Shown here: in pieces, positions 22,053 through 37,931 of the stretch
Position numbering within the stretch: the stretch's first letter is position 1
Layout of the letters: each line of letters starts with the position of its first letter
Assembly (NCBI GenBank): GCA_002269645.1
Contig: NIVC01002691.1
Location: 1 to 64,000, forward strand
Reading direction: 5' to 3'
Length of the DNA stretch: 64,000 bases
Source: Macrostomum lignano
Lineage: Eukaryota
Notes under the pieces: generated by a model
Database searches by the model: none
What the model saw: only the letters and a program-made list of their open reading frames with translations
Told to the model about the DNA's origin: nothing
Position numbers and translations under genes: made by a program

Positions 22053-23114
22053 ATGGAAGCAGCGGTCAAGACTGTCTGTCTTGGTCGGACTTTTGCCTGT
22101 GCGAGTAGCATTGCTTCTTCGCGTAGTCAACGCTGCGGATTCAATAGTGCCGCAGGTGAGTTACATGTGTGTGTAGTATCGTTACATGTTGGATGCTAGC
22201 CATCACGCGGTTCTAATGTGCATGTGGTGTAGCAGTCTTGTGGAGCCTGACCGCTTCAGGACACTCAGTTTATAGCGCTTCAGGACACTCAGTTTATAGC
22301 GCTTCAGGACACTCAGTTTATAGCGCTTCAATATACTCAGTTTATAGCGCTTCAGGACATTCAGTTTATAGCACTTTAGGACACTCAGTTTATAGCGCCT
22401 CAAGGCACTCATTTTATAGCGCTTCAGGATCCTCAGTTTATAGCGCTTCAGGACACTCAGTTTATAGTGCTTCAGGACATGACTAATCTGACATACATGT
22501 AGATTATATGACAGACAAACAGGTGGTGTACATGAGCTATACACGATGTACATGTGATGTGATGTGATGTACACCCTGACACACCTGATACAACCGCTGT
22601 AACCTCAGAAGATTCAGCGGTACACAATAGCAACAACAACAACAGCAGCAGCGGCGGCAGCAGCGACCACCTCGGCGCCGACCCCTCGCTGGTGTCGCAG
22701 TCCCTCGCGGCAGCCCGCCGAGTCCTCAGCGGCGCCTACAGCAGGCAGACGCTGCTGAACAGCAGCTCGGGCAGTCCGGACTTCTCCGTGCACGAATTCC
22801 AGCTGGCCGCCAGCTGCTGCATCTACGGCAACCAGCGCTGGCGAAACTTCACCATCGTCTGCACCGGCGGCCAGTGCGGAGTCGAACTCCTGACCAAGGA
22901 GTTCCAGCCGCCCGGCTCCGGACAGATGGTGTCGCTGACCGCTGGCAAGTCGGTGAGCATCCCAGCTGGGCAGCCGTACTACCTCTGCGGCCACGGCGGG
23001 CTGGCGACCCGGTCCCGCCTGCTGCTGGTGTCGGTGCCGGCTCTACAGGACTGCGAGCTGCAGGACGTTGATGGCAGCTACCCAGCACCGCCCGCTGTGC
23101 CGCCGGTTAACTGA
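22053..23114 (+). CDS. Two-exon orphan gene (22053-22155, 22609-23114; about 202 aa) with possible cupin-like beta-barrel C-terminus
   Basis: ATG 22053; donor CAG|GTGAGT at 22156; acceptor CTCAG| at 22608; phase-1 junction is in frame with the 22692-23114 ORF; beta-rich FTIVCTGGQCGVEL...VSLTAGKSVSIPAGQPYYL. Confidence 0.62.
22250..22480. repeat. 24-bp intronic minisatellite (GCTTCAGGACACTCAGTTTATAGC)
   Basis: About 9 units inside intron 22156-22608. Confidence 0.9.
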
Positions 23115-23533
23115 TGCTGTAGCTGATGCTGTAGCTGATGCTGTAACTGATGCTGTACCTGGTGCTGTAGCTGGTGCTGTAGCTGATGCTGTAGCTGATG
23201 CTGTAGCTGATGCTGTAGCTGATGCTGTAACTGGTGCTGTAGGTGATGCTGTAGCTGATGCTGTAGTTGATGCTGTAGCTGATGCTGTAGCTGATGCTGT
23301 AGTTTATGCTGTAGCTGATGCTGTAGCTGATGCTGTAGTTTATGCTGTAGCTGATGCTGTAGCTGATGCTGTAGCTGATGCTGTAGTTGATGCTGTAGCT
23401 AATGCTGTAGCTGATGCTGATGCTGATGCTGTAGTTGATGCTGTAGCTAATGCTGTAGCTGATGCTGATGCTGTAATTTATGCTGTAACTGATACTATAG
23501 CTGGTGCTGATGCTGATGCTGTCGCTGGTGCTG
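23111..23533. repeat. 12-bp minisatellite (CTGATGCTGTAG)
   Basis: Tandem units starting at the stop codon of the upstream gene. Confidence 0.93.
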
Positions 23534-24379
23534 TGTGTCTGTCTGTCTATCCATTTGTATTTATCTGTCAATTTTCTTTATTTATCTGTCCAATTTGTCT
23601 ACCCGTATTCGCAACTTCTATACCCCTGTCACAAAAACTAGCAAAATCTCACATTGTTTTAGCTTCCATGACAGCCGTGCATATCAGGAATATTGTGAAA
23701 CTTGAGACCGCAGAAAGTTGATACAAGTTTTTAATTTGTGAAACGGCTAACATCTTACTGATTTTTTTTGCTCGTAGTTTAAGAAAACTGACTTTCTTAG
23801 AAAAGAACCAGTTTATTTCGAGTCCATCAAGTCGTTATTGTAGAATATAAATAAATCTTTTTTATAATCTGTCAGTAATATTCGTGTCAGTGCAATAAAA
23901 AAATCAACAAAAAATTTGTGTTCATGTATTTTTGAAAATTTTATTTCAATAAGCTTCCATTGTATGTACAAATATATACTGTTTATAACTCTGAAGTTGA
24001 AAAAATTGTCAAAAAATGTCATTCGAAAGGAAACTATTGCAAAAGAATTTTTCTTTTACTTTGCATCGAAAAGAATTGCAGCTAAAAAGCTGAACTTGCT
24101 ACTATTGAGTAGGACATACAGCGTCCTGGCTTACAAAAATACCGAAATTAAATTGAAAGTAAATTCTCAACGAATTTTAATCTCCTGGTGTACGAAATGT
24201 CGAAAGGCAAATTTTCTGATAGGGAGGTTAAACAGGTAATGACATTTTAAGGCAACAATTCTGTAGGCAAATAGCTAAAATTCAAGAAAATCTCTCAGGT
24301 GTTCTCTATGGACGCTCATCTAGATATTCATTTCTTTTGCTTGGAATTATCAACCATAATTCCTAGATAACTTTATCCC

Positions 24380-24570
24380 AGACTCTCACTCCTCTCAGCC
24401 CGGACTTCAACTCAAAATTTCACCCCTGACTCTCACTACTCTCACCGTAGACTCTCACTCTTAATCTCACCCCAGACTCTCACTCCTAATCTCACCTAGA
24501 CTCTCACTCCTAATCTCACCTAGACTCTCACTCCTAATCTCACCTAGACTCTCACTCCTAATCTTACCCT
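24380..24570. repeat. 24-bp minisatellite (AGACTCTCACTCCTAATCTCACCT)
   Basis: Short degenerate array. Confidence 0.8.
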
Positions 24571-24853
24571 TGTTGATTTCACTTGATATATCAGAGTTAC
24601 GAGAATAATATAATATAAAAATCTGCATCAACGCCTTCTCAAACTACAAGTGCACATGTCACATATAAAGTCAGTGCAAAAAATTATTATTCCTGAAAAG
24701 TACAGACTGATTGTACAGATCAAAGTACATCAAGTATGCATATACTACGTATGTATAAACAAATTTAAAATGTAATTTGAAAGAAAGACAGGACGGATTT
24801 GTACTTTCTCAACTGCGCCATAGAACTGGTCTCACAATTATAGATCACAGCAG

Positions 24854-26418
24854 TCAGTTGTAGCCGCGCCACGCGAAACTGTTGAGCACGCCCATCTTAT
24901 TGTATTGGGAGTCTCTCTGAGTTCGCCTGGCATCAGCAACTCGATCCGGGTTATAACGGCTCAGCTTCTCAATCTAAAATTCAAATATGATTATCAAGCT
25001 TAGTGTGAGTTTTATGGCTTTTCTTTCATTCTGATTGGGGTGTGAGTTTTATGGCTTTTCTCTCAGTCTGATTGGGGTGTGAGTTTTATGGCTTTTCTCT
25101 CAGTCTGATTGAGGTGTGAGTTTTATGGCTTTTCTATCAGTCTGATTGGGGTGTGAGTTTTATGGCTTTTCTCTCAGTCTGATTGAGGTGTGAGTTTTAT
25201 GGCTTTTTTATCAGTCTGATTGGGGGTGTGGGTTTTATGGCTTTTTCTTCTGTCTGATTGGGAGTGTGAGTTTTATGGCCTTTCTCTCAGTCTGATTGGG
25301 GGTGTGGGTTTATGGCTTTTCTCTCAGTCTGATTGGGGTGTGAGTTTTATGGCCTTTCTCTCAGTCTGATTGGGGTGTGAGTTTTATGGCTTTTCTCTCA
25401 GTCTGATGGGGGTGTGAGTTTTATGGCTTTTCTCTCAGTCTGATTGAGGGGTGAGTTTTATGGCTTTTCTCTCAGTCTGATTGAGGTGTGAGTTTTATGG
25501 CTTTTTCTTCTGTCTGATTGGGGTGTGAGTTTTATGGCTTTTTCTTCTGTCTGATTGGGGTGTGAGTTTTATGGGTTTTCTCCCAGTCTGATGGGGGTGT
25601 GGGTTTTATGGCTTTTCTATCAGTCTGATTGGGGTGTGAGTTTTATGGCTTTTCTATCAGTCTGATTGGGTTGTGAGTTTTATGGCTTTTCTATCAGTCT
25701 GATTGGGGTGTGTGAGTTTTATGGCTTTTTCTTCTGTCTGATTGGGGGTGTGAGTTTTATGGCTTTTTCTTCTGTCTGATTGGGGGTGTGAGTTTCATGG
25801 CCTTTCTCTCAGTCTGATGGGGGTGTGAGTTTTATGGCTTTTCTCTGTCTGATTGGGGTGAGTTTTATGGCTTTTCTCTCAGTCTGATTGGGGTGTGAGT
25901 TTTATGGTCTTTCTCTCAGTCTGATGGGGGTGTGGGTTTATGGGTTTTCTCTCAATCTGATTGGGGTGTGAGTTTTATGGCCTTTCTCCCAGTCTGATTG
26001 GGGTGTGAGTTTTATGGCTTTTCGTTTTAAGTGATTGAGATTGAGATTCATGGCTTCTTATATTATGGTCGAGAGCGAGTTTTCCGCCATCTAGTGAGGA
26101 ATTAACTTTCTACCTAGTCATGCAGTCATGCCAACTCACCAGCCTCTGCCGCTCGGCCACCGACAGCCGTTTCTGCTGACAGTCGCGCCTCTGCCAGGAG
26201 TTGCTGGGCTGTCGCTGCAGCGGCACCACGTACAGCCGCTGCACTGACTGCTGAATCTCGTAGGCTGTCAATCTCTGATGGCCCAAGCCGAAATTAGGCA
26301 GCAGTATGGTACCCCAGGGCTGCTTCTCTGTGTCGACTCGAACTCCGGACCTCACGCTAAGAGCGGATCGAGCTCGCTGGCGCTGCAGGTGCGCGCTGCT
26401 AGCAGGTGTGGCAGACAT
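24854..26418 (-). CDS. Small two-exon gene (26418-26140, 24973-24854; 132 aa), possibly ciliary/microtubule-associated
   Basis: Donor CTG|GTGAGT at 26139; acceptor ttttAG at 24975-24974; phase-0 join gives ...RLTAYEIQQSVQRLY...RLSVAERQRL|IEKLSRYNPDRVADARRTQRDSQYNKMGVLNSFAWRGYN*; both exons are GC-rich islands. Confidence 0.65.
25000..26025. repeat. About 37-bp intronic minisatellite (GTGTGAGTTTTATGGCTTTTCTCTCAGTCTGATTGGG)
   Basis: Fills intron 24974-26139. Confidence 0.93.
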
Positions 26419-26824
26419 TGGGGAGATCGCGAATTGCACTAGTAGAGAAGATGCCACTGGAGTCCCAATTTCAGCTCAGTTTTATAATCTTGAGAGAATA
26501 TTCAGCCCAACAATGAGGAGCCTGACTGCTCTGCGCCTTCAGTTGATGAGGCACTGGCCGGCTGTGGTGAGCAGGTTTTTCTCCATTATACTCTGGCAAC
26601 CGGAAGCGACGGCACAATGCGCTTTCGCACAGCTCAATTTTGAGTCGTCGCAACCCTGCAGTTTAAATGAGCGCATTGTGCACAGGCTGCGCAGAGTGCA
26701 CTCAGCATTCACAGGGCGTCGCCTTGACAACGGGGGACGCCTTAGTTGCCACGGGACGCGGGCTTGAAGCTGATGGATGAGTCATTTCCCTTCATTAGTG
26801 TCTTCAGCCCTTTCTGCCTTGCAC

Positions 26825-28741
26825 ATCTCTCCCCCGTCTCCCTCACTTCTCTCTCCCCTGTCTCCCTCACTTCTCTCCCCCGTCTCTCTCACTTCTCTCT
26901 CCCCTGTCTCTCTCACTTCTCTCCCCCGTCTCTCTCACTTCTCTCTCCCCGTCTCCCTCACTTCTCTCTCCCCGTCTCCCTCACTTCTCTCTCCCCCGTC
27001 TCTCTCACCCCTCTCTCCCCTGTCTCCCTCACTTCTCTCTCCCCGTCTCCCTCTCTTCTCTCTCCCCGTCTCCCTCTCTTCTCTCTCCCCCGTCTCTCTC
27101 ACTTCTCTCTCCCCCATCTCTCTCACTTCTCTCTCCCCCGTCTCCCTCACTTCTCTCTCCCCGTCTCTCTCACTTCTCTCTCCCCCGTCTCTCTCACTTC
27201 TCTCTCCCCCGTCTCTCTCACTTCTCTCTCCCCGTCTCTCTCACTTCTCTCTCCCCCATCTCCCTCACTTCTCTCTCTCCCATCTCTCTCACTTCTCTCT
27301 CCCCCGTCTCCCTCACTTCTCTCTCCCCGTCTCTCTCACTTCTCTCTCCCCGTCTCTCTCACTTCTCTCTCCCCCGTCTCTCTCACTTCTCTCTCCCCGT
27401 CTCTCTCACTTCTCTCTCCCCGTCTCTCTCACTTCTCTCTCCCCGTCTCTCTCACTTCTCTCTCCCCGTCTCTCTCACTTCTCTCTCCCCTGTCTCTCTC
27501 ACTTCTCTCTCCCCCGTCTCTCTCACTTCTCTCCCCCGTCTCTCTCACTTCTCTCTCCCCGTCTCTCTCACTTCTCTCTCCCCGTCTCTCTCACTTCTCT
27601 CTCCCCCGTCTCTCTCACTTCTCTCTCCCCCGTCTCTCTCACTTCTCTCTCCCCGTCTCTCTCACTTCTCTCTCCCCGTCTCTCTCACTTCTCTCTCCCC
27701 GTCTCTCTCACTTCTCTCTCCCCGTCTCTCTCACTTCTCTCTCCCCTGTCTCTCTCACTTCTCTCTCCCCCGTCTCTCTCACTTCTCTCCCCCGTCTCTC
27801 TCTCTTCTCTCTCCCCGTCTCTCTCACTTTTCTCTCCCCGTCTCTCTCACTTCTCTCTCCCCGTCTCCCTCACTTCTCTCTCCCCGTCTCCCTCACTTCT
27901 CTCTCCCCCGTCTCTCTCACTTCTCTCTCCCCGTCTCTCTCACTTCTCTCTCCCCGTCTCTCTCACTTCTCTCTCCCCTGTCTCTCTCACTTCTCTCTCC
28001 CCCGTCTCTCTCACTTCTCTCCCCCGTCTCTCTCACTTCTCTCTCCCCGTCTCTCTCACTTCTCTCCCCCGTCTCTCTCACTTCTCTCTCCCCGTCTCCC
28101 TCACTTCTCTCTCCCCGTCTCCCTCACTTCTCTCTCCCCCGTCTCTCTCACCCCTCTCTCCCCTGTCTCCCTCACTTCTCTCTCCCCGTCTCCGTCACTT
28201 CTCTCTCCCCCATCTCTCTCACCCCTCTCTCCCCTGTCTCCCTCACTTCTCTCTCCCCCATCTCTCTCACTTCTCTCTCCCCGTCTCCCTCACTTCTCTC
28301 TCCCCCGTCTCCCTCACTTCTCTCTCCCCGTCTCCCTCACTTCTCTCTCCCCGTCTCTCTCACTTCTCTCTCCCCCATCTCTCTCACCCCTCTCTCCCCT
28401 GTCTCCCTCACTTCTCTCTCCCCTGTCTCTCTCACTTCTCTCCCCCGTCTCTCTCACTTCTCTCTCCCCGTCTCTCTCACTTCTCTCTCCCCGTCTCTCT
28501 CACTTCTCTCTCCCCTGTCTCTCTCACTTCTCTCTCCCCCGTCTCTCTCACTTCTCTCTCCCCCGTCTCTCTCACTTCTCTCTCCCCTGTCTCTCTCACT
28601 TCTCTCTCCCCTGTCTCTCTCACTTCTCTCTCCCCTGTCTCCCTCACTTCTCTCTCCCCCGTCTCCCTCACATCTCTCTCCCCCGTCTCCCTCACATCTC
28701 TCTCCCCTGTCTCCCTCACATCTCTCTCCCCTGTCTCCCTC
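26825..28741. repeat. Pyrimidine-rich 21-24-bp minisatellite (CCCCGTCTCTCTCACTTCTCTCT)
   Basis: About 1.9-kb array; the source of the Ser/Leu/Pro ORFs. Confidence 0.95.
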
Positions 28742-29647
28742 AATCTCTTGTTTTCCTCACATCGCGCGCACTGCCTCCGTCACATCTCTGTAAACCCAAC
28801 AAAGTAAAATACAAATGAATGGCGAATATGCAGCTATGATTTAGCAGCCAGCTTGAAGACAGACTGTAGAGTATCGTGCATGCATAAACTGCTACTTCAA
28901 GTAGAGTAATCCAAACACTCGCAGTAAAATTTCTAATAAAACTAGGAATCAAGATGCCATCGATCTATAACGCAAGAGTAGAATTATGCTATTGATTCAC
29001 CTAGGACTACACGATTGTTAATTTTGAACAATTTGCCTGTCAGGCACCTGAGTATACAATCTAGGTTTATGCAAGATAAAGTACACCATTGACAATCAAA
29101 GTAAAAATAGAGATTTGGAGTCGCCAAACAAACATCTGGTTGATAAAAAAGCTAAATAAGTTAAACAAGAATAAGCTAAACAAGAATTTTGTTACCGTAA
29201 TTTTTGTAAACATAATATTCTAACTCATTATTGTTTTCGATCGGTTAGATTATCGATAGAAAACTACTTCAAAGCACAGTCTGATTACGAACGTTATGCA
29301 ACAATATGCTGTTTTACGAAATGAATAGTCTTATACACATAATTCTAGAATTCATCATTTTACTAAGAAATTTTTTTGTTGTTTAATTAAAATTAATAAG
29401 TAGCTCCTAAAAGTCTTCCCTCAAGCTGCTAGTCGCTGATTGGTTGGCTAATCAGCTGCAGGGGGTGGGGGAGGCCATCTCAGGCCAGTCAGCCAATCAG
29501 CTGCAGGAGGGACGAGCCGGAGCTGTCCTGCCCTGCCCTACACCCCCCGACAAGCCAGCCTGCAGTCGCGGGCCAGATTCGACCATTTATTTTAACTTTC
29601 TTACTACAGGCAGAGGCTGTGTGCACCCTGGTGAACTTTAAGCGACA

Positions 29648-29865
29648 TGTAATCCCACCTTGCCTGTGCGCCTCGTCTATTCCTCCAGTGTTAAATGAGC
29701 GGTGATAATCAGTAAGCGTAACTCCGCTACCATAGACAAACCAACTCATTATCTCCGCTAGCCATGTATGGCACGAAGCAAAGCGTTGTTTTGTTACGCT
29801 ACTGATTATTCCGCTCATTTAACACTGGAGGAATAGACGAGGCGCACAGGCAAGGTGGGATTACA
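29648..29865. mobile_element. Short foldback/MITE-like element with perfect 55-bp inverted arms
   Basis: TGTAATCCCACCTTGCCTGTGCGCC...AATGAGCGG and its exact reverse complement ending at 29865; arms extend imperfectly about 20 bp further inward; no clear TSD. Confidence 0.65.
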
Positions 29866-30438
29866 TTACTGCCCATTCCACCGACTCTCCTGAGCAGGCA
29901 CACGAACGCGCGGATCTACAGCAGCCCTAAACTTTATTCAAGATCGTTAAGCATGTATACTTCACTGTGCCTTGGGGGTTGGCCCTCAAGGGCATTAATT
30001 GCACGAGCAGAGCCAAGCCGAGATTCCAATTTAGCCTCAAATTAATGTGACTGCACTTGGAATCGAGCCTGGGCCGCTTGCACATCAGAGCGCCGCAATA
30101 GACCCCTAGGCTAGGGCCCCGAACCATTTCCCTATTGCTACTAGAATTAAAGTGCAAACAATTTGGCCTTCCAAACAAATTTGTTTATGGCAGAACCGCA
30201 TTCGAGGTTAAGCAAAAAGTGAATCATTGTCAAATCCATTTAAGAAGCTTTTGCTTCATTAGGAATCCAAAGGTCCAGGAGCTTCCGTTCCCCGAGCTCC
30301 TGTGGAATAAATAAGACAGATGGGATAAATTTGATGATTGCCAATTGGAATAAAATGGGGACCCCCCTATTCGTGCTAAATCGCGAGTTTCAGAGTACAC
30401 CGTATACTTTTTTTGTTGTCCTTGGAGCTTCGGCAGCG

Positions 30439-31461
30439 TCAAGACCACCAGACAGCCGATGCCAGCAGCCGTCTTGCCCGCTCCCTCAGCCGCGGCCTGG
30501 CTGCCACCTGGATGTAAAACCCCGCCGAACAGTCCAATGACAGCAGCAGCACGCCGATGTAGTACAGAGCCAGCCGGACCATCACGCACTCGTTCTGCCG
30601 GCGCAACTCCCACAGGAATCTGCCCAGCTGGCAGACGGCAAAGGCCACCGTCATGGGAATCAGCACTCGAAGTCCGCCGAGCTTCTTGACGCCGCTGTTG
30701 TTGCCGCCGCCGTTGAAGACGCGACTTGAGCCGGGCGGCTGGAAGCTGTTGATTCTACGGGACACGGAGATCGCTAGAAGGACGTTCGCGGACAGACAGA
30801 CAGCGATGGGCAGCGCCACCAGAAGGGCGCTCTGCAGCGCGAAGTTCAGCGTCGGGTGAAAGTCGGTGAAGTCAAAGTACAGCCGCATCCGGCAGGCCTC
30901 CAGCCGGCGCGGCAGGCAGATGGTCAGCTCGGCCTTGGAGACCAGAGCGATGCGGGCGGCAGCGACAAGGGGCAGGATGAGCAGCACGGCGCCGGCGACC
31001 CACGGCAGCAGTCGGCAGCTGACTGTGCAGCTGGCATTGTCGGACCGCTTGGCGAGGCACCAGGCACGGTTCAGGACTGCAAAGATCGTCAGGCACAGCC
31101 GGGTGGTGTCAGCGCCAATCTGCAGCATCGACATCGGCGTGTGCACGTAGGCGACGTACACCAACCAGGAGCTGGGCACCGCGCTGGCGTACTCGATCAG
31201 ATGCATCCAGCAGTCGTTGGTGTGCAGCACCAGAGCCAACACGTCGAACAGCGCCGTCAGCCGCATGATTCGCCAGAACAGCAGCTTCTCGGCTCTCAGC
31301 AGGCTGACCAGCAGCAGGTTGCCAACCGTGCCCAGCGCGAACACCAGCAGCTGGACGATGCAGAGGGCCACAATGACATAGTCGATGCTGAATGACCGGC
31401 CGTGGTCTCTGCCTTCGCTGCTGCTGTTCCGGTACGTCACCAGGATCAGAATCAGAGCCAT
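30439..31461 (-). CDS. Divergent class A (rhodopsin-like) GPCR
   Basis: Seven hydrophobic segments; TM1 GN (LGTVGNLL), TM2 D (TALFD), NRA in place of DRY, TM5 LP, TM6 FAVCQL; N-glycosylation site NSS; intronless CDS with an acceptor just upstream. Confidence 0.78.
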   Translation of the reverse strand: MALILILVTYRNSSSEGRDHGRSFSIDYVIVALCIVQLLVFALGTVGNLLLVSLLRAEKLLFWRIMRLTALFDVLALVLHTNDCWMHLIEYASAVPSSWLVYVAYVHTPMSMLQIGADTTRLCLTIFAVLNRAWCLAKRSDNASCTVSCRLLPWVAGAVLLILPLVAAARIALVSKAELTICLPRRLEACRMRLYFDFTDFHPTLNFALQSALLVALPIAVCLSANVLLAISVSRRINSFQPPGSSRVFNGGGNNSGVKKLGGLRVLIPMTVAFAVCQLGRFLWELRRQNECVMVRLALYYIGVLLLSLDCSAGFYIQVAARPRLRERARRLLASAVWWS

Positions 31462-31839
31462 GATCCGGGTCGACTGAGCTGAGGTCAAACAGGTGTTTTT
31501 GTCTCCATTGCTTCTTACCTATACATCTGTGTACAGAGACTGGGCTTATCGTTGTGATAACGGCTTAACGGGCCCTGATTTCATGATTTACAAGCGCCCT
31601 GCCAGCGCCTATCCATGTGAAACTGCAGAGTTCGAGCTTGCCAGACGGAATTATTTATAAATGTCAACTCTCGACAAGATAAAACAAAAACGCGTTTAAA
31701 CAGTTCCGTAAATAGAATATTTGTAATCAGCCAGTGAGATAAAGGTTTCCTTGGCGGATCAGATTTTTACAGAACTTTTGCGCGTTTTATTTTAGGTCCT
31801 CAATCCGGAGGCAATGAAATGTGAAATTTCATATTCTGC

Positions 31840-32856
31840 GGTGGGTCAGTGGGTTATGGATAGTCACCATTCATGCAGCTTTAGTAGGTCAGTGGGTCAT
31901 GGATAGTCAGCATTCATACAGATGCAGTGGGTCAGTGGGTCATGGATAGTCAGCATTCATATAGATGCAGTGGGTCAGTGGGTCATGATAGTCAGCATTC
32001 ATACAGATGCAGTGGGTCAGTGGGTCATGGATAGTCAGCATTCATACAGATGCAGTGGGTCAGTGGGTCATGATAGTCAGCATTCATACAGATGCAGTGG
32101 GTCAGTGGGTCATGGATAGTCAGCATTCATACAGATGCAGTGGGTCAGTGGGTCATGGATAGTCAGCATTCATACAGATGCAGTGGGTCAGTGGGTCATG
32201 GATAGTCAGCATTCATACAGATGCAGTGGGTCAGTGGGTCATGATAGTCAGCATTCATGCAGATGCAGTGGGTCAGTGGGTCATGATAGTCAGCATTCAT
32301 ACAGATGCAGTGGGTCAGTGGGTCATGATAGTCAGCATTGGTACAGATGCAGTGGGTCAGTGGGTCATGATAGTCAGCATTCATGCAGATGCAGTGGGTC
32401 AGTGGGTCATGATAGTCAGCATTCATACAGATGCAGTGGGTCAGTGGGTCATGATAGTCAGCATTCATACAGATGCAGTGGGTCAGTGGGTCATGATAGT
32501 CAGCATTCATGCAGATGCAGTGGGTCAGTGGGTCATGGATAGTCAGCATTCATACAGATGCAGTGGGTCAGTGGGTCATGATAGTCAGCATTCATACAGA
32601 TGCAGTGGGTCAGTGGGTCATGATAGTCAGCATTCATACAGATGCAGTGGGTCAGTGGGTCATGATAGTCAGCATTCATACAGATGCAGTGGGTCAGTGG
32701 GTCATGATAGTCAGCATTCATACAGATGCAGTGGGTCAGTGGGTCATGATAGTCAGCATTCATGCAGATGCAGTGGGTCAGTGGGTCATGATAGTCAGCA
32801 TTCATACAGATGCAGTGGGTCAGTGGGTCATGGATAGTCAGCATTGGTACAGATGC
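31840..32856. repeat. 42/43-bp minisatellite (ATGCAGTGGGTCAGTGGGTCATGATAGTCAGCATTCATACAG)
   Basis: Highly homogeneous tandem units. Confidence 0.95.
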
Positions 32857-33328
32857 GCTGTGAGTCAACAGCATCTGAGTAGATACATGTAGTAAAGAAA
32901 AAGCAATAATGTCCAAAAGTATTTGATACTGCTTATTATTAAAGTGCATTGTATTTCCGTGGCCAGAAGAGAAGAGACTTGCCTGCAAACAAAGTGAATA
33001 ACTATGAGTATTAAAGGGCCTGATTACCTGCACCATGAATCCTGGATTTAGAAGCTACTTACGTAGTTAAGCATGCATTCAAGGTAATGCGTAAATTTAA
33101 CGTTATTCAAGACAGTTCTCATGCTGATATACTGCTAACAGTAGTAAATGTGATTTGCACTAAAAACTGTTTGAAAACGGATGCTAAATTCAACAGTTCA
33201 AGCATTGAGTATTTCAGTTTTAATTTTCACATGTAAAATCCACGAGTCGCAAAGTAGCATTGTACTACTGCTAGTAGCAAGCACGAGTTAGTAGGCTTTT
33301 CTCATGATTCCAGAGCAAAATTGAATCT

Positions 33329-36437
<3,109 letters not shown>

Positions 36438-36509
36438 TCAAGATTGAGGTTGCTGTATGCGAAAGCTGGAAAGCTCTGTGATTTCCTATGGGCTGTTCTG
36501 AATGCATCC

Positions 36510-36817
36510 ATGTCTAAAGTGGCGCCTCCCACCATGCCTAAAGTGGCGCCTCTCACCATCCCGAAAGTGGCGCCTTTCACCATCCTGAAAGTGGCGCCTC
36601 TCACCATCCCGAAAGTGGTGGCACCTCTCACCATCTCGAAAGTGGCGCCTCTCACCATGCCTAATGTGGCGCCTCTCACCATGCCTAAAGTGGCGCCTCT
36701 CACCATGCCTAAAGTGGCGCCTCTCACCATGCCTAAAGTGGCGCCTCTCACCATCTCGAAAGTGGCGCCTCTAACCATGTTTAAAGTGGCGCCTCTCACC
36801 ATGCCTAAAGTGGCGCC
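36510..36817. repeat. 24-bp minisatellite (AAAGTGGCGCCTCTCACCATGCCT) in the tubulin 5' UTR intron
   Basis: About 12 units. Confidence 0.9.
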
Positions 36818-37557
36818 AGAACTTAGTGGCTCATAGAGCACCTATTGATATATACATAAACATAATTATTATAATGACAAATGCAGCCCTGTCAGTATTG
36901 AGCTTACCTTGTCAAAATTATCCGAATTATACACCCTAAAACGGTAATAAAAAAGGCGAGACCGGAAAGCGAAACTCACAGACGGAGTTGCTTCAAGGGC
37001 TATTTATTCGCCTCTCTCTAAATACAGCGAACGATCCACGGGTGCAGAGACTGAGTTATCCAGACTGGGAAAGAGCCAGCAATTAAATAATCTGAAAGGA
37101 TCTTTTATTCCGTTGTTTCCAGCTGATAAGCGGAAGGATTCTCGATGTGCACGCGCAATTGAAAAAAAGAATCTAATCTAGCATGAACAGGATCTGTAAT
37201 GCATGTAACTCTTTTAGAAACTAATTGATTGATCTTGCGCAGTTCATTGCAAAGTTATACGGAGCAGGGCATGTCTCTGCGACATTTCCTGCGCTTGCTT
37301 TCGCTCTGTTTGCATTTCATGTGACTAAATTGCAGTCAGAATTGACTTCTAAGCATGAAGCTTGTATAGAAAAAAAGAAACTTGAAAAATTTCGATCTTT
37401 TTAAGCTGGGAAAAGCAGATAAAACCATAGCCTGGTCTGTTCTGTTCCTTTGCTGTGTCGAAGAGAAGTTTTTTCTTTGACTTTCTCAGTTTTGTAGAAG
37501 TTTTTATTTACATTTGATTCTCATATCTGACAGAGCCCAGAGAAAATGAAAGAAGTA

Positions 37558-37931
37558 AGGTGGGAGAGGCAGTGGGAGGGTATGGGAGCGGCAGTGAGAG
37601 GGTATGGGAGAGGGTATGGGAGCGGCAGTGAGGGTATGGGAGCGGGCAATGAGAGGGTATGGGAGAGGGTATGGGAGCGGCAGTGAGGGTATGGGAGCGG
37701 GCAATGAGAGGGTATGGGAGGGAGTAGAGAGGGTATGGGAGCGGCAATGAGAGGGTATGGGAGCGGCAGTGAGAGGGTATGGGAGCGGCAATGAGAGGGT
37801 ATGGGAGCGGCAGTGAGAGGGTATGGGAGCGGCAATGAGAGGGTATGGGAGCGGCAGTGAGAGGGTATGGGAGCGGCAATGAGAGGGTATGGGACCGGCA
37901 GTGAGAGGGTATGGGAGCGGCAGCGGCAGTC
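37558..37931. repeat. 22-bp G-rich minisatellite (GAGAGGGTATGGGAGCGGCART)
   Basis: Direct inspection. Confidence 0.9.

Noticed and set aside
26746-28818. About 690-aa Ser/Leu/Pro ORFs
   Set aside because: Stop-free CT-rich minisatellite.
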